A program made the translations under genes and the position numbers. DNA of 64,000 nucleotides from positions 192,001 to 256,000 of the forward strand of contig JBCNVM010000001.1 in assembly GCA_039630085.1 (NCBI GenBank), written 5' to 3'. The stretch comes from Candidatus Caldarchaeales archaeon (GTDB taxonomy: Archaea > Thermoproteota > Nitrososphaeria_A > Caldarchaeales > Calditenuaceae). The notes under the pieces are model-generated. The model worked only from the letters and a program-made list of their open reading frames with translations. It searched no databases and was not told the origin of the DNA. Positions 1 through 10,491 of the stretch are shown piece after piece. Position 1 is the stretch's first letter; the number at the start of each line of letters is the position of its first letter.

Positions 1-1
1 G

Positions 2-388
2 AGGGAGGAGCTCAGGGTTAGGATCAAGGAGGTCCTCGAGATGTTCCCGGAGCTCTTGGGCAGGCTCAGGCAGAGGGCCGGAACGCTCAGCGGCGGCGAG
101 AGGCAGATGCTGGCCATGTCACGGCTCCTCATGACGTCGCCGAGGCTCGTGATCATGGACGAGCCCTCGGCGGGCCTCGCGCCCAAGATGGTCCACAGGA
201 TCTACGAGAAGGTCGACGCCTTAAGGAGGTCCGGCCTCACGATGCTGCTGATCGAGCAGCACGCGAGGATGGCGATCACCCACTCGGAGAGGACGCTCGT
301 CATGGTTGGAGGAAGGGTGGTCCTCAGCGACGCTAGCGAGAGGGTTGCAGGTCTGGACCTCGCGGCGGTCTTCTTCCAGAGGAAGTAG
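2..388 (+). CDS. livF: Branched-chain amino acid ABC transporter ATP-binding subunit (LivF-like), 5'-truncated by window edge
   Basis: LSGGERQMLA signature, Walker B DEPSAGLAP, EQ(H) switch; upstream of LivH/LivM-like permeases. Confidence 0.9.
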   Translation, partial: REELRVRIKEVLEMFPELLGRLRQRAGTLSGGERQMLAMSRLLMTSPRLVIMDEPSAGLAPKMVHRIYEKVDALRRSGLTMLLIEQHARMAITHSERTLVMVGGRVVLSDASERVAGLDLAAVFFQRK

Positions 389-426
389 ACCTTTTTAACG
401 GCCGGCCCGATTTCTCCGTCGGTTCG

Positions 427-1329
427 GTGATGATCGAGGAAGCCCTCGGCCAACTCCCCACCACGCTGCTGGCCTCCTCGCTCTACGCGATGGCGGCCGT
501 GGGCCTCACGATGAACTACTCGGTCACGAGGCTCGCGGACTTCGCTATCGGCGAGTACATCACGATCGGATGCTACGTCGCCGCCCTCCTCACCCTCAGC
601 AGGGTCGACCCGGTCACGTCGATGTTGCTGGCCGGAGCCGCGGGGGCGCTGATCGCCCTCTCGGTCGACGAGCTGGCATACAAGAGGCTGGAGAAGAGGG
701 GGGCGACGCTGCTCCAGGTCTTCATAGCGAGCGTGGGCGCGAGCTTCACGATCAGGTACCTCTTCTCGATCTACGCCGACTTCGAGGACCTCCTCTTCCT
801 CACCTCCGGGTTCAGCTCCCAGCCCGTCGTCTTCCTGGGAACAAGGCCCTTGACCAACCTGCACGTCCTGGCCCTCGCTACCCTTGCGGTGACCGTAGCG
901 GGCCTCACCTACCTGATCCTGAGGACGAAGGTTGGGAAAGCGATGAGGGCGATAGCCAGCAACAGGGACCTCGCGATGGTCAGCGGGATACCGGTCTGGC
1001 GGATAAGGTCGATCACGAGGCTCCTCACGGGCTTCCTGGCCGGCGTCTCCGGAGCCCTCTGGGCCTACTACACGAGCATCAACCCGGAGTCCGGGTGGAG
1101 GATGCTCCTCTGGGTCTTCTCCGCGGCCATCATCGGCAACTTCACCAGCTTCCCGCTAACGCTTCTGGGAGGCTTCGTGATAGGGGCCGCGGAGAACCTC
1201 GGGATGTGGGCCCTGAACAGGGCCGTCGGCCTCGAGACCGCGTACAAGCCCCTGATACCCTACTTCGCGATCGCGGGCGTCCTCCTCTACCGGAACAGGT
1301 ACAGGTTCGCGAGGCTGGTGGAGCCTTGA
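427..1329 (+). CDS. livH: Branched-chain amino acid ABC transporter permease (LivH-like)
   Basis: Multi-TM; TKVGKAMRAIASNRDLAMVSGI EAA-like loop. Confidence 0.88.
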   Translation: MMIEEALGQLPTTLLASSLYAMAAVGLTMNYSVTRLADFAIGEYITIGCYVAALLTLSRVDPVTSMLLAGAAGALIALSVDELAYKRLEKRGATLLQVFIASVGASFTIRYLFSIYADFEDLLFLTSGFSSQPVVFLGTRPLTNLHVLALATLAVTVAGLTYLILRTKVGKAMRAIASNRDLAMVSGIPVWRIRSITRLLTGFLAGVSGALWAYYTSINPESGWRMLLWVFSAAIIGNFTSFPLTLLGGFVIGAAENLGMWALNRAVGLETAYKPLIPYFAIAGVLLYRNRYRFARLVEP

Positions 1330-2381
1330 TCGGCGAGGGCGCGCTGGTCCTGGTCCAGAGCTTCACGTTCTACCTGCTGATCTACGTGATCCTCTCGCTC
1401 AGCATGAACCTCGAGTACGGCCTCACGGGGGTCCCGAACCTTGGGAAGGTCCTCTTCTTCTTCGTCGGCGCGATCACCAGCACCGTCATCACGGTCAACG
1501 TCTACGACTCCCTGCTCGGGATAGAAGACCCGCTATCGGCCCTGTCCGCCGCGAAGAGGACGGAGCTGGCCGCGTCCAATCCGCTCCTCGCGGTCGGGGT
1601 CTTCGCCCTCTCGCTGGTCGCGAGCTCCCTCGTAGCGGGGGCCCTCGGTTTCGTCGCTAGCTACCCCGCGCTAGCGCTGAAGGGGAGCATGCTCTCGATC
1701 ACGCTCCTCATCTTCGGCGAGGCCGTGAGGGTCTTCGTCAGGACCTACCAGCCGCTCGTCGGAGGCGTCTTCGGGATCTCGGGGATCTCGAACCCGTTCG
1801 TCTTCCTCAGGAACCCGCCGCTGGCGATGACGCTTTATGTCGCCCTCACGGGGGTCGTCGCGCTCCTCGTCTACCTCCTCGTCGATAGGCTGACCAACTC
1901 TCCGTTCGGGAGGGTGATGAAGGCGGTCCGGGACGACGAGCTCGCCGCCTACTCGCTCGGGAAGGACGTGCCAAAGGTCAGGGGTCAGGTGCTCTTCATC
2001 GGATCGGCGATCGCGGGCGCCGCGGGCTCCCTCTACACCTTCTACTCGCAGGCGATCTTCCCCGACGACTTCGTCCCAGCCCTCACGTTCTTCGTCCTGA
2101 CGATGGTCATCCTGGGGGGGTTGGCCAACAGCGTCGGTGCGGTCGTGGGGGCGCTGGTCCTCGCGGTCTTCGAGAGGTTCTCTCAAGCGAGCACGCTCGC
2201 GATCTTCGGCGTCGCGGTCGGTTTCGACATCTCCTACCTCAGGTATGCCGTCATGGGGGTGTTGATCGTGGCCGTGCTCCTCTACAGGCCGCAGGGGCTG
2301 ATACCCGAGAAGCCCGTCAAGACCGAGCTCTACGAGGTCCTCGCCGCGAGGGCCAGGAAGCCGTCCGAGGACCGGGGTTAG
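1326..2381 (+). CDS. livM: Branched-chain amino acid ABC transporter permease (LivM-like)
   Basis: TTG at 1326 overlaps livH stop (TTGA); NLEYGLTG, SPFGRVMKAVRDDELAA, RPQGL motifs; C-terminal part of ORF 570..2381. Confidence 0.88.
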   Translation: MIGEGALVLVQSFTFYLLIYVILSLSMNLEYGLTGVPNLGKVLFFFVGAITSTVITVNVYDSLLGIEDPLSALSAAKRTELAASNPLLAVGVFALSLVASSLVAGALGFVASYPALALKGSMLSITLLIFGEAVRVFVRTYQPLVGGVFGISGISNPFVFLRNPPLAMTLYVALTGVVALLVYLLVDRLTNSPFGRVMKAVRDDELAAYSLGKDVPKVRGQVLFIGSAIAGAAGSLYTFYSQAIFPDDFVPALTFFVLTMVILGGLANSVGAVVGALVLAVFERFSQASTLAIFGVAVGFDISYLRYAVMGVLIVAVLLYRPQGLIPEKPVKTELYEVLAARARKPSEDRG

Positions 2382-2412
2382 GCTTTTCACGAGGCTCCCT
2401 TAAGCCCGTGCC

Positions 2413-2709
2413 GTGAGGGTCGTGGCCGTTGGCGGAGAGGCCTTCGTCTCCGCGATGAGGCTGGCCGGTACTGGGACCGTTCTGGCCTCGGGCCCCGAGG
2501 AGGCCCTCGCAGCGGTCAGGAGGCTGATCTCTGCCGGCGACGTGGGCCTGATCCTCGTCAGCGACGAGTACGGGCCCGAGTTCTCCCAGAGGCTCTCCGA
2601 GCTGAGGGCCGCGATCGCGGTCCCCGTGATCTACCTCCTCCCCGCTCCGGGCTCGAGGGTCCAGCCGGTCGACTACAGGGCGATCATCAGGCAGGTCCTC
2701 GGCGTCTGA
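2413..2709 (+). CDS. atpF: A/V-type ATP synthase subunit F
   Basis: 98 aa; VAVGG..FV..MRLAG N-terminus, GLILVS, P.I..LP, IIRQVLGV C-terminus typical of subunit F. Confidence 0.75.
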   Translation: MRVVAVGGEAFVSAMRLAGTGTVLASGPEEALAAVRRLISAGDVGLILVSDEYGPEFSQRLSELRAAIAVPVIYLLPAPGSRVQPVDYRAIIRQVLGV

Positions 2710-2718
2710 GGGGCGCGC

Positions 2719-3534
2719 TCAGGGCGGAGGCATCGGAGGAGGCTCGGAGCCCGTTAGCTCCGCGTAGAGGTCGGCGTCGCCGACGACCCGAACGCCGCGG
2801 GCGGAGAAGTACCTGTTGACGTTCCTGATGTCCCTCAGGAGGAGCCTCTCGGCCAAGGGGTGGTCCCTCAGCACGGACTGCGAGAGGTCGATGAAGTAGA
2901 CCTCGTCGGTCGAGGCGAGCATCAGGTTGTACTCGCTCAGGTCGCCGTGGACCAGCTCCGCCCCCGTATAGAGCGTCCTCAGGTTCCCGATGACCGACTC
3001 GTAGACCTCCTCCAGCTCCTCCCTTCCGAGCTCGAGCTCCCTCAGGAGCGGATGCCTCACGCCGTCCTTCCCGAGGAACCCCATCACGAGGACGTTCGCC
3101 CTGACCGCGTACGGCTTCGGGCACCTGACGCCGGCCGCGAAGGCCTGCTGGAGGTTCAGGAACTCCCTCCTCGCCCAAGCGTAGATTATCTTCCTCACCG
3201 AGCCACCGACCCTTCCGACCCTCGCGTCCATCGCTAGGTACTCGGACCTCCTCCTGAACTCCCTGTTGTTGACCAGGTAGATCTTCACCGCCAGCTCCTC
3301 TCCGGCCCTAGTCCTCGCGTGGTAGATCCTGGACTCCTTTCCCGCGTTGACGACGCCGTAGAGGTCATCGATGAGGCCGCTGGTCATCAGCCTGTAGACG
3401 GTCATCAGGGTCTGGGCGTCGAAGACCTCCTCGAAGGCGGCCCTCTCGAGCGACCTGTCCCTCTCGAGGAACCTGTTCCGTAACTCTGCGATCGCCTCCT
3501 GCCTCGTCAGCTTCTTCTCCCACCTGTTCGCCAC
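2719..3534 (-). CDS. rio1: RIO1 family serine/threonine kinase
   Basis: EEVFD..T, GKESRIY, AVKIY, WARREF.NL, LVHGDLSEYN, IDLSQSV. Confidence 0.95.
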   Translation of the reverse strand: MANRWEKKLTRQEAIAELRNRFLERDRSLERAAFEEVFDAQTLMTVYRLMTSGLIDDLYGVVNAGKESRIYHARTRAGEELAVKIYLVNNREFRRRSEYLAMDARVGRVGGSVRKIIYAWARREFLNLQQAFAAGVRCPKPYAVRANVLVMGFLGKDGVRHPLLRELELGREELEEVYESVIGNLRTLYTGAELVHGDLSEYNLMLASTDEVYFIDLSQSVLRDHPLAERLLLRDIRNVNRYFSARGVRVVGDADLYAELTGSEPPPMPPP

Positions 3535-3560
3535 TCCCGACGTCAGAGGTCCACCTCCGC

Positions 3561-3567
3561 TATAAAA
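3561..3567 (-). promoter_or_regulatory. Probable TATA box of rio1
   Basis: TTTTATA on minus strand ~27 nt upstream of the start codon in otherwise GC-rich DNA. Confidence 0.55.
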
Positions 3568-3849
3568 TCACGCCCCCTGTCCCCGCTCCCAGCGAACTCC
3601 GGGCCGCCCAGCGGGCGAGACTTCGCGAGGAGACCGTCGCAGGTCAGACGCCTCCGCGGTTCGTACTGAGACTCGTCTCGGTTAGGGCGCCGTCACCCGC
3701 GCCTCACAGCCTCGCAGTTCGGCTGATGGCACTTCTCAACACGTCGTTAGAGCGCGTCCCGAGTCCGGAGCCCGGAGTTACTGACGGGGCTAGTACCGAA
3801 GTTCTCTAGTCTAAGAAGACTTTTATCTAAGAAGTTTCGACGAGGCATA

Positions 3850-6579
3850 ATGAAAGGAGCGCTAATCGTCTCCCTCCTTCTCCTTACGTTACTGTCGGGC
3901 ATCTTCATAGGCACACTTGCGTCGCCGGGCAGGACGGCCACCACGACCCTCGTCCTCACGGCCACCGAGACCCAGTTGAGGACCAACACGGTCAGATTGG
4001 TCGAGACGACGGTCCTGACTAGACTCACGACCCTCACCTCGGTCATAAGGACCACCGAGACGCAGCCCTTGACCTTCACTTCGACGTTAAGGGTTACTGA
4101 GACGCAGACCCAGAGGACCACAGATTACCGGTCCGTCACGTCGACCGTAACGCAGGTCTTCACGGAACACGGAACGGCCACCACGACCGTAAGAACGACC
4201 GAGACCAGAACGACCACCCAGTACAGAACCACTACGGTTACAGTCACGACGACGGAGTCCGGGGCGCTCCAGGCTCCGTCTAACCTTAGGGTCACGGGGG
4301 TGGATTACAACCGCATCTCGCTCGCGTGGCAGGACAATTCCGCGAATGAGGAGGGGTTCATCGTCGAGAGGAGCGAGGACGGGCGGACGTTCTCAGCGAT
4401 AGGGAGGACCGGTCAGAACGCGGCCTCTTACACCGATGGGACTGTGCGGGGCGAGAGGACCTACTACTACAGAGTTAGGGCTTTCCGGGGGAACTCGGTC
4501 AGTAGGCCGTCCAACACGGTCATGGAGACCGCGACGCCTTCACGGGCTCTACATCACCAACTACTTCGGCGGGCTCGGCGAGCTCGAGACGGCCTCCGTG
4601 AATTAGGGGGCTGGGGCTTCCGGGCTTCGATCGCGGACCTCTTCTGGGTCGCGTGGAACTGAGAGAGGTATCCCAGGGGCTCCAGAGGGGCGGAGGCGGT
4701 CTTCTCCATCGACTTCGGAGACCGCGCGTCTGGCGCCGGCAGCCAGAAAATCGTCGTCCGGAGGACAGACCAATCGGGACAGGACACTACCCTCGTGCTG
4801 CTCACTAGGATGATAAGGAACATGAATCCCGCTTACGCGGCTTACTACCCGAGGCCCGGCGACACGGTCGTCTTCTCCTTCCACTACAGGACCAGTCAGG
4901 TCGTTGAGAACTTAGAGATCAGGGTCTGGTTCAACTTCCTGTTCTTGAACAGGGGCAGTGGCAACTACGAATACCTCTCCAGACATGAGGTCTTGAGGGC
5001 TAGGGACCCGTCACCGAACTGGCAACGGGTAACGTATTCGACGGTCGTCCCGGAGAACGCCACTGCTTTCAATGCGTGGGTTCACATAACGTGCCGTGGT
5101 GTGTGTGCAGGGACTGTCTGGCTCGACAACTTCGTCTTGAGGACAGAGCCGGTCAAGAGGCTCCCGCTCATAGGGAGGGACCGAATCAACTTCAAGCTGG
5201 CCGCGATTCACGGCGAGATCTGGAACACGGACATGCTGGAGCTCGCTCAGAAGATGGACCTCCTGCTAGGGGGTGACGTGGAGGCCAAGATCGTGAAGGG
5301 AATAAAGCCTGAGTCGGTGCATCTTTATTATTTCAACGATCCATCCCTTATGACTAGCAGGCGAAACAACAGCAACAACCTTCCCTGTATGATTAGATGG
5401 GAGGGCGGCAGGCCGGTATATGAATTCGTTCCGTATTATAATTATCAGACGCACTTCGATGAGAGATGGCTGCTCACCAATTCTACGAACACAAGGTACG
5501 TCAGGCCAGAAGGAAGAGGAGGTTACGTGGTCAGGGAGGTATACTGTGAGTTCCTAGTCGACATAGGCAATCCCGATGCTATCAAAGCTGCGATAGAGAG
5601 CAAAGAGCAACGCCACATTATGGCTGGCTTCTACAACCCAAATCTCTCTTCACACCTATTCCACGACAACTTCTTCAACTTTTATTACCTCTGGGGCATG
5701 GAGGGCGCTCCCCCGTCCAGATATCCGCGACGGGACGAGGACAGGCTTCCCGTGCTGCGTAACATGTTGAGGGAGATTAAGGAGAGGCTCCTCGACCCAG
5801 AGCCGAAAAGGGTTATAATCCCCAACGTCGGGGTCTTCGATCAGCGACAGTTTGAGATACTCAATGAGTTCGGGTACGACGGTATCTTCATCGAGTTCTT
5901 CACCCGGATCTTCGGCAGATTTCATGACTCTCCCGTCCTCTACAACATGTTTACGGCGCTCAGGGACTACCCGGAGGACAGGCTCGTCGTGCTGGTTGAC
6001 TGGCTGCCGCATAGTTACATCGATCAATGGAACAGGAACCCAGCAGGAGCGCCGGCCGAAGTGAGGAGGGTAGTGAACTTCGTCGTCGCGGCCCTTTACC
6101 TAGTCAACGGGCCTAATGTGTACGTACATGTCCGGGACCAGGAGGAAACTTACCGAAGATCACACGTCCTAGAGGACTTCTATCTCCCCATCGGAAAGCC
6201 ACTGGGGAGGCTTCAGCTCGTGAGCGGGGACAGGAACGGTGCCCTCTTCGTCAGGAGGTTCGAGAACGGGATCGTCCTCCTGAACACGGCAGCCAGCGGT
6301 CGGAGCTTCACTTACACGCTTGACGGAGAGTATCGCGACAGGGCGGGCGGAATCTACTCCGGGCGGATCGAAATCCCTCCCCAGACCGGATACGTCCTGA
6401 TCAGGGCGCCTCAATTATCTGTTATGTCCTCGACCGTCTTCGATGACGCAGGATCCTCTTCGGCATGGTCTCTGACGACCGTAGTTCTCTCCGTCCCGGT
6501 GGCGTCCTTCGCGTTCGTTCTAGTTCGCGAGGTGTGGCCGCCGAGAAGTGACCGGGTCGGGAGGCCTCCGGCGCACTAG
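3850..6579 (+). pseudogene. Disrupted secreted/surface protein: signal peptide, Thr-rich stalk, fibronectin III domain, CBM-like domain, putative glycoside hydrolase-like domain, C-terminal TM anchor
   Basis: ORFs 3850..4662 and 4795..6579 share a frame, separated only by TGA 4660-4662; FN3 motifs APSNL..L.WQDNSANEEGFIVERS..YYYRVRA; VWLDNFVL; YDGIFIE, FVRRFENGIVLLN; lower GC than flanks. Confidence 0.65.
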
Positions 6580-6622
6580 GGCTTCAGGTTCTCAGGGGAG
6601 CTGCAAGGCCTCGGGGCTGAGC

Positions 6623-7168
6623 TTAGTGGTCTGACCCTTTCGATTGTCTCCTCTCCCTGACCAGCGCGAGCCCGAGCAGCGCCGCGACGCCCCAGAAGGC
6701 CGCCAGGACCGTTGAGAAGACCAGGAGCGACGAGAAGAGGGCCCTGCTCCCCTCCATCACGGTGACCGGGACGTTGACGAGGTAGGTGCCGTTCTCTCCG
6801 AGGACCGTGAACCCGAGGACGTACCTGCCGGGCCTCTGGAAGGTGTACTCGACTGAGAAGACGCCGTTCCTCACCTCGACGGGTTTGAAGAAGGCCTCCG
6901 GGAGCAATTCGGTCGCTATCAGGAGCGCTACGTGGACCCTCGCGGCCCTGCCGTCCAGCGTGCTGACCACCGCGGTGATCCTCACGGGAGAGCCCGCGGT
7001 CGGGTTGTTGGGCTCGAGGAGTATCTGGAGCCTGTAGTCGCCGACCTGCCACATCACGCAGACCAGCTGGCTGAACTCGTAGACCTCGAAGCCCGGCGGG
7101 GAGTAGGAGGTCGAGTTCGCCGCGCCGGCTGTCGCGAGCGCGACCAGCACGAGGAGGGCCGGCTTCAT
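6623..7168 (-). CDS. Exported membrane-anchored protein with Ig-like (YtkA/FixH-like) domain
   Basis: Signal peptide, P..P.AG.PV, YTFQRPGRY motif, C-terminal TM; overlaps SCO gene stop. Confidence 0.55.
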   Translation of the reverse strand: MKPALLVLVALATAGAANSTSYSPPGFEVYEFSQLVCVMWQVGDYRLQILLEPNNPTAGSPVRITAVVSTLDGRAARVHVALLIATELLPEAFFKPVEVRNGVFSVEYTFQRPGRYVLGFTVLGENGTYLVNVPVTVMEGSRALFSSLLVFSTVLAAFWGVAALLGLALVRERRQSKGSDH

Positions 7169-7848
7169 CTCGAGAGCAGGTACCTCGCGGCCTCGATGTA
7201 CTCCCTTTCCTCCATCTCGGGCGTGAGGGCAAGGACGATCTGGTGGTTCCTGTCGGCGCCCAAGACCCAGCTGAAGTGGTTCACGAAGTACCTCGAGCCC
7301 GGTGGGAGCTTGGTTGGGTCGACCGGGTTGCCCTTCTCGTCGGTGTAGAATACCGGGACCTTGTAGTCGAGGATGACCTTCACGATCTCCGCCTCGGTCC
7401 CCGTCAGGGCGATGATCTTCGGGTGGTAGTACTTGTCGACGTACTCCCTCAGCACCTCGGGCGTGTCCCTCCAGGGATCGGCGGAGACGAAGATGAAGGC
7501 CATCTTGTCCGCGTCCCTCCCCAGCGCCTCTATCGTCTTCTTCATCTTCGAGAGCACGATCGGGCAGACGTCCGGGCAGTTGGTGTATCCGAAGTAGATG
7601 AAGACCGGCTTGCCCTTGACCATGTCGAGCGTGAACCTCTTGCCGTACTTGTCGGTCAGCTCGAGCGGTGCCAGCTTACCTCCGGTCACCTTGATCGTCG
7701 GCTCGTAGCCCTTCGCGCCGGGTACCGGCAGTGTCGGGAGGAAGGCGAGCACCACGATCGCGATCGCGAGGCCCACCGAGACGCCGAGGACTCCGAGCAT
7801 ACCCGTTTTGCTGAGCCCCCTCTTGGACGCGGGGGTCATTCTATTCAC
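7165..7848 (-). CDS. SCO1/SenC family copper chaperone
   Basis: N-terminal TM, YFGYTNCPDVCP (CxxxC), DP.RDTPE, Y.V.H copper-ligand His. Confidence 0.93.
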   Translation of the reverse strand: MNRMTPASKRGLSKTGMLGVLGVSVGLAIAIVVLAFLPTLPVPGAKGYEPTIKVTGGKLAPLELTDKYGKRFTLDMVKGKPVFIYFGYTNCPDVCPIVLSKMKKTIEALGRDADKMAFIFVSADPWRDTPEVLREYVDKYYHPKIIALTGTEAEIVKVILDYKVPVFYTDEKGNPVDPTKLPPGSRYFVNHFSWVLGADRNHQIVLALTPEMEEREYIEAARYLLSR

Positions 7849-7890
7849 CTGTAGGCTAAAGGGCTGAGCCCTCGGTAAATACTTGCCCCG

Positions 7891-8424
7891 TCAACTCCCG
7901 CGGCTCAACCTCTCCCTTATCAGGCCGATGAGGAGCTCCACCGCCTCCTCCGGAGTCGAGGCGGATCTGATCAGCACGGTCCTCCGCTCGTCGAGGTACT
8001 TGTCCGCGAGCTCGTCCGCGACGCCTCCGCTCCCCCTCACGGCGACGATCGGCTTGCCCTCGATGTACGCGGCCGCGACCTCTGTCAGCGTTCCGGCACC
8101 GCCGCCCACGACGATCACGCCGTCGGAGGAGTAGACGTTCAGGAAGTTCCTGAGGTGGCCCATTCCGGTCGCTACGACTACGTCGCAGTAAGGGTTCGCC
8201 TCCTTCGTCTCCTTCTGCGGAATGATCCCGAGGACCAAGCCTCCTGCCTCGCTCGCGCCCCTGCTCGCGGCCTCCATCACGCCCCCGAGCCCTCCGGTCA
8301 CGAGGACCGCTCCCCTCCTCGCGACCTCCCTCCCCACCCTGTACGCTAGTTCCGCGGCCCTCTCGGTGCAGGTGTCCCTGTTGTACCCGACTACGAGGAC
8401 CTGCAGCCTCCTCCTCGAGTTCAT
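7891..8424 (-). CDS. TIGR00725/LOG family nucleotide-binding protein
   Basis: TGGLGGVMEAASRGA, TGMG..RN, GGGAGTLTE. Confidence 0.9.
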   Translation of the reverse strand: MNSRRRLQVLVVGYNRDTCTERAAELAYRVGREVARRGAVLVTGGLGGVMEAASRGASEAGGLVLGIIPQKETKEANPYCDVVVATGMGHLRNFLNVYSSDGVIVVGGGAGTLTEVAAAYIEGKPIVAVRGSGGVADELADKYLDERRTVLIRSASTPEEAVELLIGLIRERLSRGS

Positions 8425-8600
8425 GTCGGGGAGGTCACCAGCTGTGCCGGCGATAAAGGGAACTCCAAGCTCAGAGGGTCCGGTCGGCCCTCCGGACGCG
8501 GATGTTCCCCGTCGTTCTCCCCGTCGAGAAGGAGAGGAGAGTCGGGAGAGCGGGAAGGGTCGAAGTTTCCGGGAAGACCTTAATAGAGAACGGGAGCGGA

Positions 8601-9050
8601 GTGGTGGCGAAGTTGCCGACGAGGTTCAGGAAGATCAGGAAGCTGAGGGGCTCTAGGACGGTCGGGTGGGGCCAGATAGGCCAGCACAGGAAGCACGGCG
8701 CGAAGGGAGGCCGAGGACGCGCGGGGATGCACAAGCACAAGTGGACCTACACGGTCAAGTACGCACCGGACCACTTCGGCGAGAAGGGGTTCGTTCCGCC
8801 GACGAGGAGGGAGGTGAGGGTCGCGACGCTGACCGAGCTCTCCGCGATCGCCGAGCGTCTGATGAGGGAGGGGGACGGGAGGAGGACCGAGGACGGGAGG
8901 CTCGTGGTCGACCTCAGGTCGATGGGCTACGACAAGCTGATCGGGTCCGGCGTCCTCTCGGTGAGGGGGCTGAAGGTCGTGGTGGACAGGTGGACCGAGT
9001 CGGCTGCGAGGAAGCTCGCCGAGGCGGGGTCTGCGGTCGCGGGTGGCTGA
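8601..9050 (+). CDS. rpl15: 50S ribosomal protein uL15
   Basis: RKLRGSRT.GWG..GQHRKHG.KGGRG.AG..KHKW, GYDKLIGSG; GTG at 8601 (or 8604); precedes secY. Confidence 0.95.
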   Translation: MVAKLPTRFRKIRKLRGSRTVGWGQIGQHRKHGAKGGRGRAGMHKHKWTYTVKYAPDHFGEKGFVPPTRREVRVATLTELSAIAERLMREGDGRRTEDGRLVVDLRSMGYDKLIGSGVLSVRGLKVVVDRWTESAARKLAEAGSAVAGG

Positions 9051-10491
9051 GTTGTCCGAGGAGGCCACAGGCTTCAGGAGGGCCTTCGAGGCGATCTCGA
9101 GGGGAATACCCGAGGTGAGGAAGCCGGGGAGGAAGCTCTCCCTCGGCCAGAAGCTGATCTGGTCGGCCCTTGCGCTGGTGATCTACGAGTCGATGTCCTC
9201 GGTCACGCTCTACGGCCTCCCGCAGGAGTTCACCGGCGGCGTGAGCCCCACGCTCCTCAGCATCATCTTCGCCTCGAGCGTCGGGACCCTTACGACCCTG
9301 GGGATAGGCCCTATAGTGACCGCGGGCCTGATACTGCAGCTCCTGGTCGGAGCGGAGATCATCAGGCTCGACCTCAAGAAGCCCGAGGACAGGAGGCTCT
9401 TCACCGCCGCGAGCAGGCTCCTGACGCTGGTGATCGCGCTCTTCCAAGGAGCGGTCTACGTCTACGCCGGGTTCTTCGGGAACGTCGACCCCCGGGTCGC
9501 TCCCCTGCTCTTCGCCCAGCTGGTACTGGCCACGTTCATCGTCATGCTCCTCGACGAGACCGTCCAGAAGTGGGGCCTCGGGAGCGGAATATCCCTCTTC
9601 ATCGCGGCCGGAGTCGCGGGTCAGATCTTCAACGACCTCTTCTCGCCCTTCGTCCTCCAGGACGGCTACTACCACGGAGTTCTCCTCGCGCTCGGTCAGG
9701 CGATCGTCGAGGGGAAGCCTATCGGCGAAGTCTTCGTTAGGCAGGTGGGAGGTAGGGGCGACCTCCTCGGGCTGATCTCCACGGCCGCGATCATAGGGCT
9801 CCTGATCTACGCAGAAGGGGTCAGGGTCGAGATCCCGGTTGCGCACTCGAGGGCCGCGGGATACAGGGGGACCTACCCGGTGAAGCTGCTCTACGTCTCG
9901 AACGTGCCGGTCATCCTCGCCTCGACGATCTTCACCAACGTCTACTACATCGCATCGATCGTCTGGTCGAGGTTCAACCCCAACAACGAGAACCAGCTCC
10001 TCAACCTGCTCGGGACCTTCAGGATCCCGGAGGAGGGCCAGCAGCCCGTTCCCACCGGAGGGCTCGCGTACTACGTGATGGGCCCGACGTCTTACACCGA
10101 CGCAGTCGCCGACCCGGTCAGGTCGGTCGCCTTCGTGCTGCTGATGGTCGGGACCTGCGTCGCGCTCGGCAAGTTTTGGATCTCGGTCGCGGGCCTCTCG
10201 CCGGAGAAGATCGCGGAGCAGCTGATCAGCTCCGGGATGCAGGTGCCAGGTTTCAGGAGGGCGCCGACCGTCGTCGCCGCGATCATCAGGAGGTACATCG
10301 ACGTCGTCACGATCATCGGGTCGGTCATCGTCGGGCTCCTGGCGAGCGCCGCGGGCTACGTCAACGCCTTCGGGACCGGGACCGGCCTCCTGCTGATGAT
10401 CGGGATCCTCTACCAGTACTACACGCTGCTGCTGAGGGAGAGGATCGTCGAGATGTACCCGGCCATCTCGAGGGTCCTCGGTGAGGCGTGA
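9043..10491 (+). CDS. secY: Preprotein translocase subunit SecY
   Basis: LGIGPIVTAGLILQLL, KWGLGSGISLFI, YPVKLLYVSNVPVIL, GTGTGLLL. Confidence 0.98.
   Translation: MAELSEEATGFRRAFEAISRGIPEVRKPGRKLSLGQKLIWSALALVIYESMSSVTLYGLPQEFTGGVSPTLLSIIFASSVGTLTTLGIGPIVTAGLILQLLVGAEIIRLDLKKPEDRRLFTAASRLLTLVIALFQGAVYVYAGFFGNVDPRVAPLLFAQLVLATFIVMLLDETVQKWGLGSGISLFIAAGVAGQIFNDLFSPFVLQDGYYHGVLLALGQAIVEGKPIGEVFVRQVGGRGDLLGLISTAAIIGLLIYAEGVRVEIPVAHSRAAGYRGTYPVKLLYVSNVPVILASTIFTNVYYIASIVWSRFNPNNENQLLNLLGTFRIPEEGQQPVPTGGLAYYVMGPTSYTDAVADPVRSVAFVLLMVGTCVALGKFWISVAGLSPEKIAEQLISSGMQVPGFRRAPTVVAAIIRRYIDVVTIIGSVIVGLLASAAGYVNAFGTGTGLLLMIGILYQYYTLLLRERIVEMYPAISRVLGEA

Noticed and set aside
570-1325. Long alternative-frame and antisense ORFs here and throughout (e.g. 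10877..12268, 28391..29782, 30007..31626, 57662..58924)
   Set aside because: Arg/Gly/Pro-rich shadow ORFs expected from high GC3, overlapping well-supported genes
3930-4260. Repetitive ACC/ACG-rich tract resembling a tandem repeat or array
   Set aside because: It encodes the Thr-rich stalk; no fixed repeat-spacer periodicity, so not CRISPR
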